From Perkinsus chesapeaki ATCC PRA-425 (lineage: Eukaryota > Protista > Perkinsozoa), in the NCBI GenBank assembly GCA_013115145.1, contig JAAPAO010000139.1, positions 1-64,000 of the forward strand: DNA of 64,000 nucleotides, read 5' to 3'. The notes beneath the pieces are model-generated. The model ran no database searches. It was given only the letters and a program-made list of their open reading frames with translations, and was not told the origin of the DNA. Shown here in pieces: positions 39,869 through 53,064 of this stretch (position 1 is the first letter of the stretch; the number at the start of each line of letters is the position of its first letter). A program made the position numbers and the translations under genes.

Positions 39869-40325
39869 CTTTTCAAAAGTCCCAAAACCTCAACGTGCGC
39901 AACTCTCCTTCGTTCCATCCTCACCCTTCCAACCCACTAACATGCCCCTTTTGGCTCTACTATGAAGGCTGCTAGCCATACGCCTAGACCACAGCCCTTG
40001 CAATTCACTGCATATAACAGTTACACCAATATAGAGTTCCAATGTGTACGCCACAGAGGCTCTCAATAGGATTTGTTCCCATGCTCTGATTTTTTGCTAT
40101 TGCCCCATTTATTCAATATACGGGCTCAATAGTGGCTACCACAATTCCTGGCGCCTCCCTCTACGACAGGACTCCTAGTCCAACCCCTCCCCACTGTATT
40201 AAAATACACTCAGAGCTACTGTAACGATCAGTGAAACAAAGCAAGCGACTTAGCAAGGCTTTTGGTTCAGCATTTATAGCATCCTCTATTAGAGGTACTT
40301 CTGGACGTTTATATAGTCAGCAGCC

Positions 40326-41209
40326 TTAGTGCTTGCCTTTCTTCTTGCCCGCTCCTCGACGTCTCGGTCCTGCTGTCATCGTTGTGGCACCCATAGCCTC
40401 AGCCAGGGCAGATGTTGGCCTATAGAGCATTCTATCAACATAAACTACTACCCTACTACTCACTTATTCGGTTGCTCTCTTCCAGCCTGGACCCCAACTG
40501 TTGGGCCATCCTCACTCACAGTTCCACCGCCCTCACCAGCAGCCTCCTCCTGCTCGCGTTTCTTCGCCGCAGCTGCACGGCGAGCTCTCACCTGGCAAAA
40601 GAAGCCATCACAAAGCAGTGATCTACAGCTCTATAATACCTCAGCCAATCGCTTAGCTTGTGCCTTGAATTCGGAGGTCTCACCTTTCGCCTGTTTCTCT
40701 AGATACGCCTTATGGGCCTATACACACCAACTCAGCAAAGCACTCTTTGCATACCGTATCTTACAGCCTCCTTTGCAGCTGCCTCCCTTTCCCTTCGCGT
40801 TGGCTGGTGCTTCTGATCGGCCCCGATAGGCGCGATATCAGAATCAGAATCGGACCTAACTAAGCCCATTCTCCCTAGCTTCGTTCTATCAACCTACCCT
40901 TCAGATGCCTTCACTTGTGGGGCCTTCTTCACCGGAGACTTCCTGGTCTCCACAGCAGCAGCGGCGGCAGCTGGCTCGTCATCAGAGGATTCCTCTTCCT
41001 CCTCTTCCTGCTGCTGTCGGCGCTTAATCTGACCAACCATTCAGATGTCCAAGTTGACTACCAAAGTACCCTACCTGCGCAACATCGCGATTCCTACGCG
41101 CCACAGCGTCAAAGTCCTCCTCCTCTACATACTTCTTACCAGCTCTTGCCCCACGGCCACCTCCACGGTGGTCCACTTTATTCCTCGAACGCTGATCGCG
41201 GCCCGGCAT
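40326..41209 (-). CDS. PDAP1: PDGFA-associated protein 1 / 28 kDa heat- and acid-stable phosphoprotein-like
   Basis: G/R/K-rich N-terminus, acidic ESSDDE tract, then TRREREAAAKEA...EKQAKGETSEFKAQAKRLAEVRARRAAAAKKRE matching the PP28 domain pattern. Confidence 0.7.
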
Positions 41210-41367
41210 ATTTCAGGAACAACTAGTCTACACTAGACTGATCTATCCCCCAAACTCAACTTCTTAATGTTGAAAAGGAAACTGTGACAAAGACCATCAG
41301 CGGCGGCGGCGGCGGTGGCGAGAGTATGGTATCGAACGTTATTGTTATTGTCAACAATATCATAACA

Positions 41368-42279
41368 TTATCGACGCATACGAGGTCCAGCAGCTTCACC
41401 ACGCCCTGCCCGATAAGCCTTCTACTAACTCGCCGCCATCTAAGCTTACCTTTCCCTGCTGGTATGCCACCTCCTTTCCCTTTACCTTTACCTTTGCCTG
41501 AATACAACACCAGTACACCACGTTAAAAGGTCCCTAGTAGTACCTTTGCCACCAGCGCCCTTTTCAGCCTTCATTCGTTGTAATCTAATAGCATCTTCCT
41601 GTACCATATCAACAACACCATCGGGTATCCGAAGATACCTCACATTTACAATACACTACCAGGTCCTCAATCTCAGGCTTACTTGACATGGTTCCCTCGG
41701 ATATATGCCTCAGCTAGTTTCCAAAAGCGATCTCCTTCCTAAAAAGCACTCTACAAACCCCCGAAAACCCGAAAACCCGCAACCCGGATCACGAGCCTCG
41801 ATGGTATATTCCGGAACCATTCTTAAAAAAAGCGAATGATTACGCCAAGTTTAGACTTTGACTAATCTAAAGATCCCATGGAGATACGCAAACTGACGGC
41901 AATTAGACGACTAAGAATCGCAAGGCGGCCTGCTCTCGCTGTGCCATTCCGTTCCCCAAGCTTCCGCATCCTTCCGCCAAAGGTATAAACGTTATCATTA
42001 TCACATCATCATAAGTATATGCTGTGATATCCCGTGTAGCACTACTGCGTAAAACATATACACGCCCCTCTTCTTCTTCCCTATCCTCCTACCTTGCTTG
42101 TAAGGACAGCATCTCTAATATGTAAATTCATCCACGAGTCGCAATTAGCCAACACCCCCGAATACGCCTCGCCGTTCTTCAGCTCAACCATCTAATACCA
42201 ACTATCACCGATACCGTCCCTCTTCCCTTACTATTGGTTGGCCCTGGGCCGTCTTGAGCAGGCTCATAGGCAGCACCAT
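41368..42279 (-). CDS. LSM4: U6 snRNA-associated Sm-like protein LSm4
   Basis: [49 protein letters not shown]|[19 protein letters not shown]|[14 protein letters not shown]; tail [11 protein letters not shown]. Confidence 0.96.
41755..41785 (-). repeat. Telomere-like (GGGTTTTC)n tract in LSm4 intron 2, next to the 3' splice site
   Basis: Plus strand aaacccccgaaaacccgaaaacccgcaaccc; on the minus strand it ends just before the acceptor of the EGDRFW exon. Confidence 0.8.
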
Positions 42280-42542
42280 AGTCCCCTGGTGATAAAAGAA
42301 CCCAACTGCTGCCTTACCATACCTTCGCCCATAGGTAGATAACTCAACACCAAACCTCTTTGGAAAATGCTTAAAACGATCTTGTGTTTTTATTTAGGTC
42401 GTAACCATCATCGTTATTGTAATGTTTCTAGCAGATATTATCGTATGAGAGGGTGGAGCACTGATGCCACTAGTAAAGGTAAGGGGCTTTAGGAATCACA
42501 CACGATAGCCCCCCCTCAGCACCAGTGCTGCCCCCTGCTCGT

Positions 42543-45438
42543 CTACTGCTTGCCCATCTGCCTGCCGGCTCTAATGACCTCATCGACAAGCAAGAGCTGT
42601 TGAGCAAGCACCTGAAGACCAAAATAATAACTATTATAATTAAGGTAATGAGCTAGAGCCCCAACGGTCCCATACAGATAGCTTTGCTCATACCGACATA
42701 GCTACTGCTGTACGATTCCTTCACCGACTCGTCGTCAGAGAAAATGCACCTTTGATTGAAATATTACAAGTTGACAAGTCGTGCAGATTTTATGAAATTT
42801 GTTATTTTCGTGCGCATGTCTCAGCACTCCCCAAGCTGACCGCCTTATTCCCGTGTCCTCCTTACCGGAGCCAGAGCGAGGCACTCCTTCTTAACAATGT
42901 AGTTATCCCATATACCTACCATAAACACTACCAACCAGTACCGCATTACCTCCTTACCCTCAGCAGCAGGTGATATAGCATCACCAGTATAGACATCAAG
43001 ACCAACGGGCTCGCCATCAGCATCTTGGTACTCTACAGAAGGAGCTTCACCACAGCCAAGCGCCCCATTGCAACCGCCTACCCTCTTCAAGCTTGAGGAT
43101 GGTGTCTTGGACATCGAAGCCGCTGTTCTCAGCTAGTGTTTGTGGAATGGCCTGTGGAAGATGTAACAGTGTCGAATGGCGATGATAGGCTACCAGCATG
43201 GCCTTGGCAAAAACTTCAACGCCGAGCTTGGTCTTGCCACTGACGTTCTTCTTCATAAACTCCATCAAATGGTCATGTCCAGCCAACTCGAACGCTCCTA
43301 TAAAACCATGAGCTTCACCAAGACTAACCCCAGGGACGTACCAGCTCCCGGGACCACTGCGCCATCCTGGACAGCATTTCTGACGGCACGGAGACCATCA
43401 CGGACCTACGAAAATATAGTAGCCTACAACCGAGAGCGATACCAAGATGTCATTTTAATAATCATCATACCATCAATTACACAGCACACATATATATTTT
43501 ATTCTTATGGATAAATAATAGCTGAAATTAAGTAAAGACTCCACCTTCCCCCACTTACAGCGTCCTTCATCTGGTTAATTACGTAATCATTCGAGCCCTT
43601 AAGGAGAATAGTGCAAGAACGGGGATGCCTAACAGAGGTGACCATTCCGACCTAAAGATACTTTCTTATCTTACTGCACGCCCTCAATGAAGGTGTACTT
43701 GTCATCACCGAGGACCTTCTCGTACACCTCATCAGCGTATCCAAGATCATCCGGGGTAAGCTGCGAACGAAGTAAGATTAAACCGCCCCAAATCAAGCGC
43801 TCAATTACATCTTCGACAGAGTTCACCGCCACGCCGCCGCATGCAAGCACAAGCCTTTCCATATTTCTCCGCTTAGCTCTGCGAAGGGCCATGATACCCT
43901 CCTTAGCGAACATATCCAAGGCCGGAGGGTCGATACCTGGTCAGCGGAGGGTGATCCGAAATGGGAAGGATAACGGTGCCGCCTACCCTTCTGATTGATA
44001 ACGACGAAGTGTTTGCCTGTCTTGTCGGAGTCGCCGCAAACAGCTTGCTTTAATTCAATGATTTTAGCTACCTAAGAATCCCACCCGTTGCATTTATATT
44101 GGAATAAAGCCACATGAGGGCAACGAAAAAGAGACCAAGAACTATAAAATTCGCAGAAGTTGGATTAAGCAGGGGCCCTCGCCTCAGCCAGCTTGTCCCG
44201 AAATGCAGCAATTTTCCCTTCACAGCCCAATCATCTCCAAGCTATTGCTCGAAGCCGTTGCATGGATCGCCGCCTTACCTTATCATCCGTGAACCTCCTC
44301 TCAGACTCCACAAGCTTTTCCCGCTGCTCAGCGTTGCTGTACGCAAATGTAGTATTAACCTAATCAACGCCTCACCCCCGCCGGCCACCGCCACGATTCT
44401 CAGTCTCACCTCGGCCTTCTCGTACTCAAGACTGACGTTGCAGGTAAGAATATAGCAATTATCCAGTCTATGGGGCATGTCGGGATGACGAGTACCATGG
44501 TCCAAAACAAGACCCTTTACTAATCTAAAGCGGACTGCCACCGAGCTACAGAGCCACTAAGCCTTACCGAGTCTCCATGGCAAGCCTCTCTTGCATGGTC
44601 ATAACTTCAATCATGTTAAGATCGACATCGTCAGTTTCAGTGTGGATCTACAAAGATACTTTTCGAGGTCGAATGATGGCATCCCTACCAGTTGCATAGC
44701 TTGGACAATGATGTCCGCCAATTGATCCGCCTGCTTACCAGGGAGCTTCGTGCGGAGGGACGTTCCTATACAAGATATCATCCCTCCAGCGGAGACCCTT
44801 CTCCCTACTGGCTATGCAAGAAAGAATGTCATTATCATCCCAACCACACTTCACTTTAAACTGCTCCAGGAAGGTCGCTATCTGCACCACACGAGATCAC
44901 CACACTGAGTCCCCCCAGCTGAATCACCTCCATCCTGGCAATATCGAAGCCATCCGCTAGAATGCGGGGGTGCAGTCCATCGGTGATATACCTATCCACG
45001 CTTCGTCAGCAGTTGTCCTGGCCAAACGCTTACCTCTCAGAGAGCTTCATCAGCTCGCTAATGAACAGTATAGTAGAGGTAGTGCCGTCACCACTGGTGT
45101 CGTCTTGGGCCGCTGCGGCTCGGGCTGAGGCAGACTCCTAGTAAGAATCGTAGGCTTCAACCGGCCTACCTATCATGGACGCAGTCGGGTGCTGAATTTG
45201 CATCTCTTTGAGAAGAACGCTTCCGTCCTTAGTAATCTTGATTTGACCAGCGCCTCCAACGAGCCTACATCACCAGCATGGTATCTTAACTCCATGCGTG
45301 CACCTACATCTTCAAGGTGCCCCTAGGGCCGAGATTGCTCTTCATGACCTCACTAAGGCCTCGAGCGGCATTGCAGTTGACCAGCAATGCCTGGGTGGCC
45401 TTTAAGACATCAGCCTTGGAGTTAACGACGCTAACCAT
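42543..45438 (-). CDS. CCT6: T-complex protein 1 subunit zeta
   Basis: [28 protein letters not shown]; [19 protein letters not shown]; GDGTTST; [14 protein letters not shown]; [18 protein letters not shown]; [17 protein letters not shown]. Confidence 0.97.
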
Positions 45439-45858
45439 AATTCAGAAGGACCAGGAACGAACTTCCGAGATGGTGACAGTGAGCTGATGACAAAGCCAAT
45501 CGAGCTTAAGATGCCGTAAGGATGCTCTGATGGCTTTACGGCACAGGTTCTAACCCAGGTAACGGCAATTACGATATATATTATGTATTATAAATAAGGT
45601 GCTAGAAGGATCTAAGGTACAAAGCAACCTCAAAGGCCGATGTAGACGGGTGGTATCTTGCCGTCGCCGTATTAGGCATAAACCCAAATCGATCACCAGG
45701 GCGCGCGCGGTTGAATTTTCATTGATATATACCGCATAGGCGTGATAGGCTATAATGGGCCTCCTTTCATGGACTGATGGGGGATAACGGGCTTTGGTGG
45801 GGGGGTGAGGGGGCAATGGGAACGGTACTGATAGAATTGCCGTTTTACTCGTATTTGA

Positions 45859-46585
45859 ATGGCTCCTAAGAATAAGGGAAAGGGAGGAAAGAACCGACGC
45901 CGCGGAAAGGGAGGACGCGGTGACGTTAAGCGAGAGCTTGAGTTCAAGGAGGATGGTCAAGAATACGGCCAGGTACAGTGGTACCCAAGCTGACCTATTT
46001 AGTATCTTACTGTCTTCAAGGTCCTGAAGATGCTCGGCCAGGGCCGTGTTGAGCTTCAATGCTTCGATGGCGTTAAGCGACTCGGTCATATCCGCGGCAA
46101 AATGCGCAAGCGTGTCTGGATTCAGATCGGTGATATCGTAGGTTACCACCTTCAACCTCCTCATCTCGAAAGATTCCCTCCAGGTTCTAGCTTCCCTCCG
46201 TGATTTCCAGGACGAGAAGTGCGATATCATACTCAAGTAGGCACCTTGTTCGCCTTGTCCCATTGTATTTAAGGTACAACGTTGATGAGGCTCGGGCTCT
46301 TAAACAGCACAAGGAGATCCCAGATACTGTTAAGATCAACGAGACCGATCTTATGGGCAACGAGGATGGTAGCGCTTTCTCGCCTATCCACGTGGTAGCT
46401 ATTATCCTTGTTGTTAGGATTCTCTGATGATGGTGTTGAATTCGCTGAGGATGATAGTGGAGATGAGGCTGATGCAGGCAACCTGCTCGCCCCTCCTTCC
46501 GCTGCTGCCAACCTAAGTAGGCATGGCTTTCTTTAGCATCATTCATCTCTTATTCTCAGCCAAGGCCGATATCGACGACATCTAA
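45859..46585 (+). CDS. EIF1A: Eukaryotic translation initiation factor 1A
   Basis: [33 protein letters not shown]; [15 protein letters not shown]; [24 protein letters not shown]; ends DIDDI*. Confidence 0.97.
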
Positions 46586-46734
46586 GCAGTCCTCCTTCTC
46601 CTGTAGGGTGTAAACAACCTATCAACCGTTTCATCGGTATAACGACAATTGCAGACATAAGCTATTCAGTATGCTATTAGGCATTGTGTTGATTATTTAT
46701 AATAAGGGAGTAGTTTGATACGTCATCAGCTGTA

Positions 46735-48891
46735 ATGGCACCGACTGAGGGTCATCAGGAATATATTCAAAAGAAGATCAACCCGATCTTGGAGAACCTC
46801 GTCACTCAGGTGCCGTTGTTGCCATTGCCCCTTGTAGATTCATCATATCATTTTAGCTACTATTGGAACGCCCAGAGGATCCTGTTCCTTTTATGATTCA
46901 GTGGCTCTCTGAATACGTAAGTCCCTAGCTTCATCTCCTTAACTCACCAATGCTTTTGACGTGGAGAAGTCGTGCGTGACTTAGAAACCGTCAAAAGATA
47001 TCTTGCTTGTGACCAGTCACCATGGATTACATGTCTCTAGGATATAGTGAATATCATCCCTACTTGCACCTGCGGAAAATAGGACTTTGGAGGATCGTGA
47101 CTAAGCGTTACATTGCTGGTGCAACAGGCCCACGTTCCATCATCCACTGTTCCAGCCCAGAGCACCGCAGAAGCAGGAGAAGTCGCTAGATTGCAGTCTG
47201 AAGTTGAATCCCTCCGATCGTAAAAGGACTTACTAACCCACAAAGGACGAGGCATCTACAGGTATATCAAAGACCTGGAGGCCAAGCAGGCTGCTGCTGA
47301 TGCGCCTGACCTACCACAACACGTCCCTTCTACTACGACAACTAAGGAAGAGGAGGACTCGGCCGATGAGGTGCTCTCAAGTTGACCTCTTTTGAATCTT
47401 CATGTCGTTTCCCGTAGAGTTCCGATGACGATGATGACGTTGTCGATGAGCTTCCTCCAGTCCCCGCCAGTTATCACCACAGAGGTCCCAGAGCCAGCGT
47501 CAGTGCAGAGGCCTATGGCGAGTGGAACAAGTAGGAGCTATCAAGGATGGAGCGTTCGGGTTAAGTTAACTGACTTCAGAAAACGTACGGATTTCGTGGC
47601 TCCGGTGTACCCGAAAACAGAGGAGCAAAAGGAGCGTATCAAAAACGTGCTAAACCAGAGCTTTCTGTTCATGTCCATCGATGAGAAGAGCTTAGATGTG
47701 GTCATCGGGGCGATGGTTGAGAAGGTAACGGAGCTGGTAGGATTGGCTGGGATGTCCTTGGTTAGGTTATCGAGCCCAAGCAACGTGTTATCAATCAAGG
47801 GGACGATGGTGATGTCCTTTATGTCATTGAGTCAGGTAATTGCATCGCTCATTATAGTAGGCTTTGATGACTTGGCTTAGGTGAGCTCGACTGTTATAAG
47901 AGGCTTCCTGGACAAGAGGAGGAGAAGCTGGTGAAGACCTGTACTGAAGGCGATGCCTTTGGTGAACTGGCCTTGCTATATAACACTCCCCGAGCGGCCA
48001 GTGTCGAGGCACGGTAGGCTCCGTCATCTCACCGTACATCTCTTGGCTGCCTATCTGCGCTCTACAGTCTAGTCGCCGTCTCGTGTATAGAAAATGCAGT
48101 TTTAATGCTGATTTGGATTACCCGAATTGGATTTATAAATCGAGCGGGTTGTCGTCTGGCGTCCCCAGAATCCTATGCCAATGACTCTGAATCTGCACAT
48201 TGCCATCTTCAAACAAAAGTTAGACGTGTTACAGCGTCTACACCTGGCCTCTTAGCTTGTCCGTGTCCTTAGGGGACGCTGTGTGGTGTGGCAACTTGAT
48301 CGGGAGACCTTCAACCATATCGTTAAAGAAGCTGCTGCCAACAAGCGCGAGAAGCACGAGGCGTTCTTGAAGAGTGTGCCGCTGCTGGAGAGTATGGACA
48401 GGTAGTACCTTGGCTCTGAGGTGGGGGAGGAGGAGGCTTCGGGAGCAGTTACGAGCGGTCTAAGATAGCTGATGCTTTGAAGACCGAGAACTACAAGGCA
48501 GGAGAATGCATCGTTCGACAGGGGGATGATGGCGACAAGTTCTACATGATTGAGGAGGGCGAGTGCACGGTGTTCAAGGTCTATGTGGAGGGACAGGTAG
48601 GAACCGAATTTCGTGGCGCAGTGACGCAGATCGTCTGTGGTTTAGGAACCCAAGGAGGTTATGCATTTAAAGAGCGGTGATTACTTTGGTGAACTGGCCC
48701 TCCTTAGTAACGACCCACGAGCTGCTACTGTCACTGCTAAGACAGACTGTCAAGTAAGCCACTACTCTCAATAATGCAGGGTGGATGGTCGTCACTTTAC
48801 TCAGGTCCTGTCACTCGATCGTCGTAGCTTCAAGAGGCTTCTAGGCCCACTTGAGGACATACTAAAGAGGAACACTGCTCGCTATGAGTAG
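46735..48891 (+). CDS. PKAR: cAMP-dependent protein kinase regulatory subunit (D/D domain plus two cNMP-binding domains)
   Basis: YIQKKINPILENLVTQLLLERPEDPVPFMIQWL (D/D); RASVSAEAYGEWNK; two phosphate-binding cassettes FGELALLYNTPRAASV and FGELALLSNDPRAATV; LLGPLEDILKRN. Confidence 0.96.
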
Positions 48892-49186
48892 TGTGCGGCG
48901 GAGGCGGTTGCCATATTATTACTTATTAAAAGCATTGCGCCAATAGACAGGAAGAATATTTTCATACCGTTTTGTCATCTATCACTTGTTGTGATGGTGG
49001 AACTTCCGGTGAATAGTAGCTGCTAATAGTAACAATTGCATTAATAATCTCTTATAAGATCTCCCCGCAGTGCTGCCCATATTTTCAACTCGCATCCTCC
49101 TTCCAGGGCGATGTGTTTGGTTTGTCATCTTCCTTATCATCGGAGGCGTCCTCCTCCTCCTCCTCCTCCTCTTTAGTACTATTTGA

Positions 49187-52100
49187 ATGGCCGCAGCTCG
49201 GCCTGCTGTTTCTCCATGTAGCCTGCCTCCTGCGGCAGCGAGATTCCGCCAACCAGAGCCTCATGGGTCCTTCTCCTCCTCAGCATCGGCCAGCAGCACC
49301 ATTCGGTATCTTTAGCCCTTAGCTCCGCTTGGTTTAATAATGCTTCAGGCGAGACTTGAGAGATCATATGAGTCCTCCGGGGAAGGTGGACATTCTTCAG
49401 CCTCGGCCGATGAGACGTAATGCTTGCCACCCCGTAGAGATGACCTTTTGTTAGGGGTCTTTTATGAGATGGAGCGTCGTCGGCTGGAAAGATCGTTGGA
49501 AGGTTACCGTATGGAGCCGGGCTGGGGAGCGAGGTTCGCAGCAGAACTTGTTGTTGTGTTGGTAGGATAAACCCCGCTTCGACCCTGGATACCTTTTCCT
49601 TCCAGGTGGCGTTCTTGCTTCTGTCCAACTCCATTGGTCGGAATATCCTTGGCCAAGTATTTCCGGACAAGAATAACTCTGCAGTCTTTCTGGTTGTGCC
49701 AGGAGTGGTATCGGTAACGTTATTACCGCGCCGCTGTCTCCCTGTCACAATCCGACTAGGTATTCTTTATCCTGCTTGCATCTATAAGGATAGCACTTCG
49801 ACGGAGGAGCGCTTTGTCAACTTTGGGGGTTACGGCATTACTAATAGGAGTTGTGTGGATTATATGGCTTTACGACCCCTCCGACAAATGGCCGGTAGCA
49901 TTAGGCCGCAGCGTCAGCTCCTGACTTAACCGCTCTTAGGCTGCCTCCCTCAAGGATATCATCCTAGTTGCTGTAGTAGTAGCATCAGTAGAGCTACTGT
50001 TAATTCTCATATATGTAATATTCCCCATACCATATCGACCTTTGCATATCTTTCCAGTTTGTCACTCATTACGGCTATCCCTTCATGCTCAAGCGTTTGC
50101 ATCCCGAGTTCTTAGTAAAATATTGGTGGAAACTGCAGCCATCGATCAACGAGGAGACCTTCGGGTAGTGGGGTCCTCCGCTGTGTGCTATGAGGATCTG
50201 GGATGTTGGCAGGTACTCTTATCAGAGGTATGGTATGTTTTCACTAACTCGGAATATTTGTAACTATCACGGCGACGTCGACGCCGAGGGTCGCCCTCAT
50301 GGCTTTGGAGTGTGGATGGATGATTCTCGGCATGGCGAGGTCCTTAAAGGCATCTGGCTGAAGGGTAGTAGCTTTTGAACATGCTCGGCCGCCTTACCGC
50401 CTCATCCAAAGAAATCTGGGAAACATTGATTACAGTGTGAAATATGATAAAGCGGAGCTCGACGTTGGAAGACAGGCCATCTCGCCGGATTCCTGTGTCG
50501 CTTAACCATATGAACATAGTTTTGCTAGTAGCATCTCATCTTTCACTCCTTTGCTCTGTGCCATGCCTTCTTATACCTCATCTGATACATCCAACAGGAG
50601 GGCTCTGTTATTTTTCTATATAAAATATTCTTTTTTAATGCCATACTTGTTTCACGTTATTCAGATTAACGGTAGCTTTGCTACTTGTTCATCAGTGAAA
50701 GAATGACGTCGTTGTGATTTAGCTATACTAAATTCATATCGCCGTGCCCTCCACTCTGCACTCCTGCTTTTGCTGCCAGGGTACCCTATGGGCCCTTTTG
50801 TATCTCGAGAGTTCAGCAGTGGTTCAGTGAGCGTCTGCCGTAGAATACTGTGGGCTTCAACTCGTGCGGAACCAGGTAATGCTCATACCGCTCCCTCCTC
50901 ATTGCATCGTTCTTTGTAGGTATAGACTGTAAATATATCTTCCCTCATAGAAGGGATTCCTGCCTCTATGGCTTGGCCTCTGTGGAGTGCTCCGTGTCCG
51001 GATATTTCTTCAATCATTTGCCTAAAGTCCGAGAGTTGGTCACGCGGACGCCGATCTTCGATGATGTCCTTGAGCATTTTAGAAGAGAGTAATAATACAT
51101 CGATTGTCACTAGCTGCTGCACATGACTGATAATACCTCATCGCCTCCTACTCCTGTACCAATGAGACTCACGTCCTTAGGACGTCAATTTCGTAGTTAT
51201 CGAACCTTCCTAATTGTTGCCAGAGTATTCGCGTTGCTGAAAAAATTAGTCAGAATGGCACATTTTCCTGTACAAGTATCCCATACTGCTACTCTTTGAA
51301 AAGTATATATAAGTGGGGATGTAGTCTCGTATAAGCTTTTAGTGTGTGATCTTTCAGATTTGATAAGGCCGATGAAGAGGACCTCGCCAATGGCGAATCT
51401 TTCGTTGGCTCGGAGAGAGATGCTTGCCGAGGAGATGTAATATCTATGTAGCAGTAAGGCACTAAATCATCACTTCAGTGCCCCTCGGCCCCGCCTGCCT
51501 TGCGCTTGAGATTGCTCACGTGCTTCGGTGCATTGGAACGAGGAAGCTCTCAAATGTTGTCGTTGAAGGGCGGTAGAAGTAAGTTGCCTCGCCCACCACC
51601 TTCATACCTGGCTTGGCTTAGCAGCCGGGGATACTGGCTTCATGGAGCTATTGCCGGCCAACGCCGATCCAGAGGAGCTTCGGCACAACACCGAAGAGGA
51701 AACTATGCACCATAACATGTACAGTAACGGTAGCCATTCTATTGACGATGTACACGGGCATTGAGCTGTTAGGAAATATACCATTGATAAACTCGAAGCC
51801 TTCTTATTTATTACCAGTCCGAAACGCAGAGGCCTTAGTCTACCTACACGGTTATAACTGTCCCATATCGAGTGCTATAAAGCGCCTTGGCCAAATGCTA
51901 GCCCTTGGACAATTCCCATTGTGGATTAGACCATTCGTCTTTTCCCAAAGTAAGTCCATAGATACACCGGCAAAGTGTCAACTGTGGTCGAGTTTAGGCA
52001 CCGGATCGGCGCTAACCTATCATGCGGCTCGGGACTGTCTGCCGCAGTACGCTCCGGACTTGGCAGACTTCGTCCAACGATTGAGAGCAGCGGGGTTTCG

Positions 52101-52882
52101 CCGAGTACATTTTTTAGTCCATTCGATGGGCGCTAGGTAAAGTGAGGAATGTAGCCTTTCCGTGATGTTATTTTTTCAGGCTTTTTCTCGAGGCGCTGCC
52201 GCTGATGATTCAAGACTCTTTGTTACAAATACGTGCATGCTCATTCTCCCCGTCAGTCTCTGGGGTCTCGACCCAGGGGAGTAAGGTATCTTTCTAGCCC
52301 ACAACGCACTGTGAAGATTAGGTACTCCAGCAGTTTGCACGCCGACTATCGATCTTGAAACTGCTGTCGACAAGGGCGATCGTATGACCCTGTTAAACGT
52401 TATATTGGTGAATGCCGACTATCCGTTGGACAAGTTCCGCTACGCTGTGCTGCCCTCCTTGCTGGAGTATTGTGAAAGAGTAACGGTGTATTCGGATAGT
52501 CGTGATGGTGCTCTTATGTGGTCTGAGCTGTTCAATCGCGAGAAGGCCTTGGGGAAGTTCGTGGGGACACTGTCCTGTGTGGATGAGAAGACCGGTCAGA
52601 GATATGGCGAATCATATATCGACGTTATGGACACCACTCATATGGATCAGAACGTCCATCAACTTCGTCATAACTTTTTCAATCTTAATGTCCAAGTCGT
52701 GTCGGACATCGCTGAGATAGTCCAGTCCTGCACCCCAGCAGTTAAGCGTAATACAAGGCTTACTAAGACGGGTAAGTATCATCATCTTCATCGACATCAG
52801 CTCCAATAGTGTCGTCGTTGTATCAGGTCGTGGCAATGTCTTCACATTTCTCAGTCCACCCAGCTTCGTTAAGAACAACTGA
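49187..52882 (+). CDS. Membrane protein with MORN-like repeat and C-terminal DUF900-like alpha/beta hydrolase
   Basis: TM segments (TLGVTALLIGVVWIIWLY); YHGDVDAEGRPHGFGVWMDD; VYLHGYNCP; VHFLVHSMGAR nucleophile elbow; DMDQNVHQLRHNFFNLN. 5' exons tentative. Confidence 0.72.
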
Positions 52883-53064
52883 TATACTTGATTCTGTAAT
52901 TTAACTCTATAAGATAGCTACCATAATCCTGGCCTGGGCTACCATCTTTGTCCTTGTTCGCGGTTGCCAAGTGCATTAACTCACCAACTCGCATTGCTTA
53001 AGCTACATCCTCTTCATCATTCTCGGGCATTGCGTTCTTAGTTAAGTATCCTCTACAGTTCACA

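Noticed and set aside
41860-42030. C/D-box snoRNA in the LSm4 intron (ATGATGA)
   Set aside because: No D box (CTGA) or terminal stem at a suitable distance.
45550-46263. 237-aa minus-strand ORF
   Set aside because: Antisense shadow of eIF1A, whose exons on the plus strand match the family throughout.
49179-49748. 189-aa minus-strand ORF
   Set aside because: The plus strand has consistent GT-AG exons leading into the TM/DUF900 gene; this ORF has no AUG start and no recognisable motif.
50883-51122. Possible nested gene in the hydrolase intron
   Set aside because: The plus strand here is a real exon (LYGLASVECSVSGYFFNHLP).
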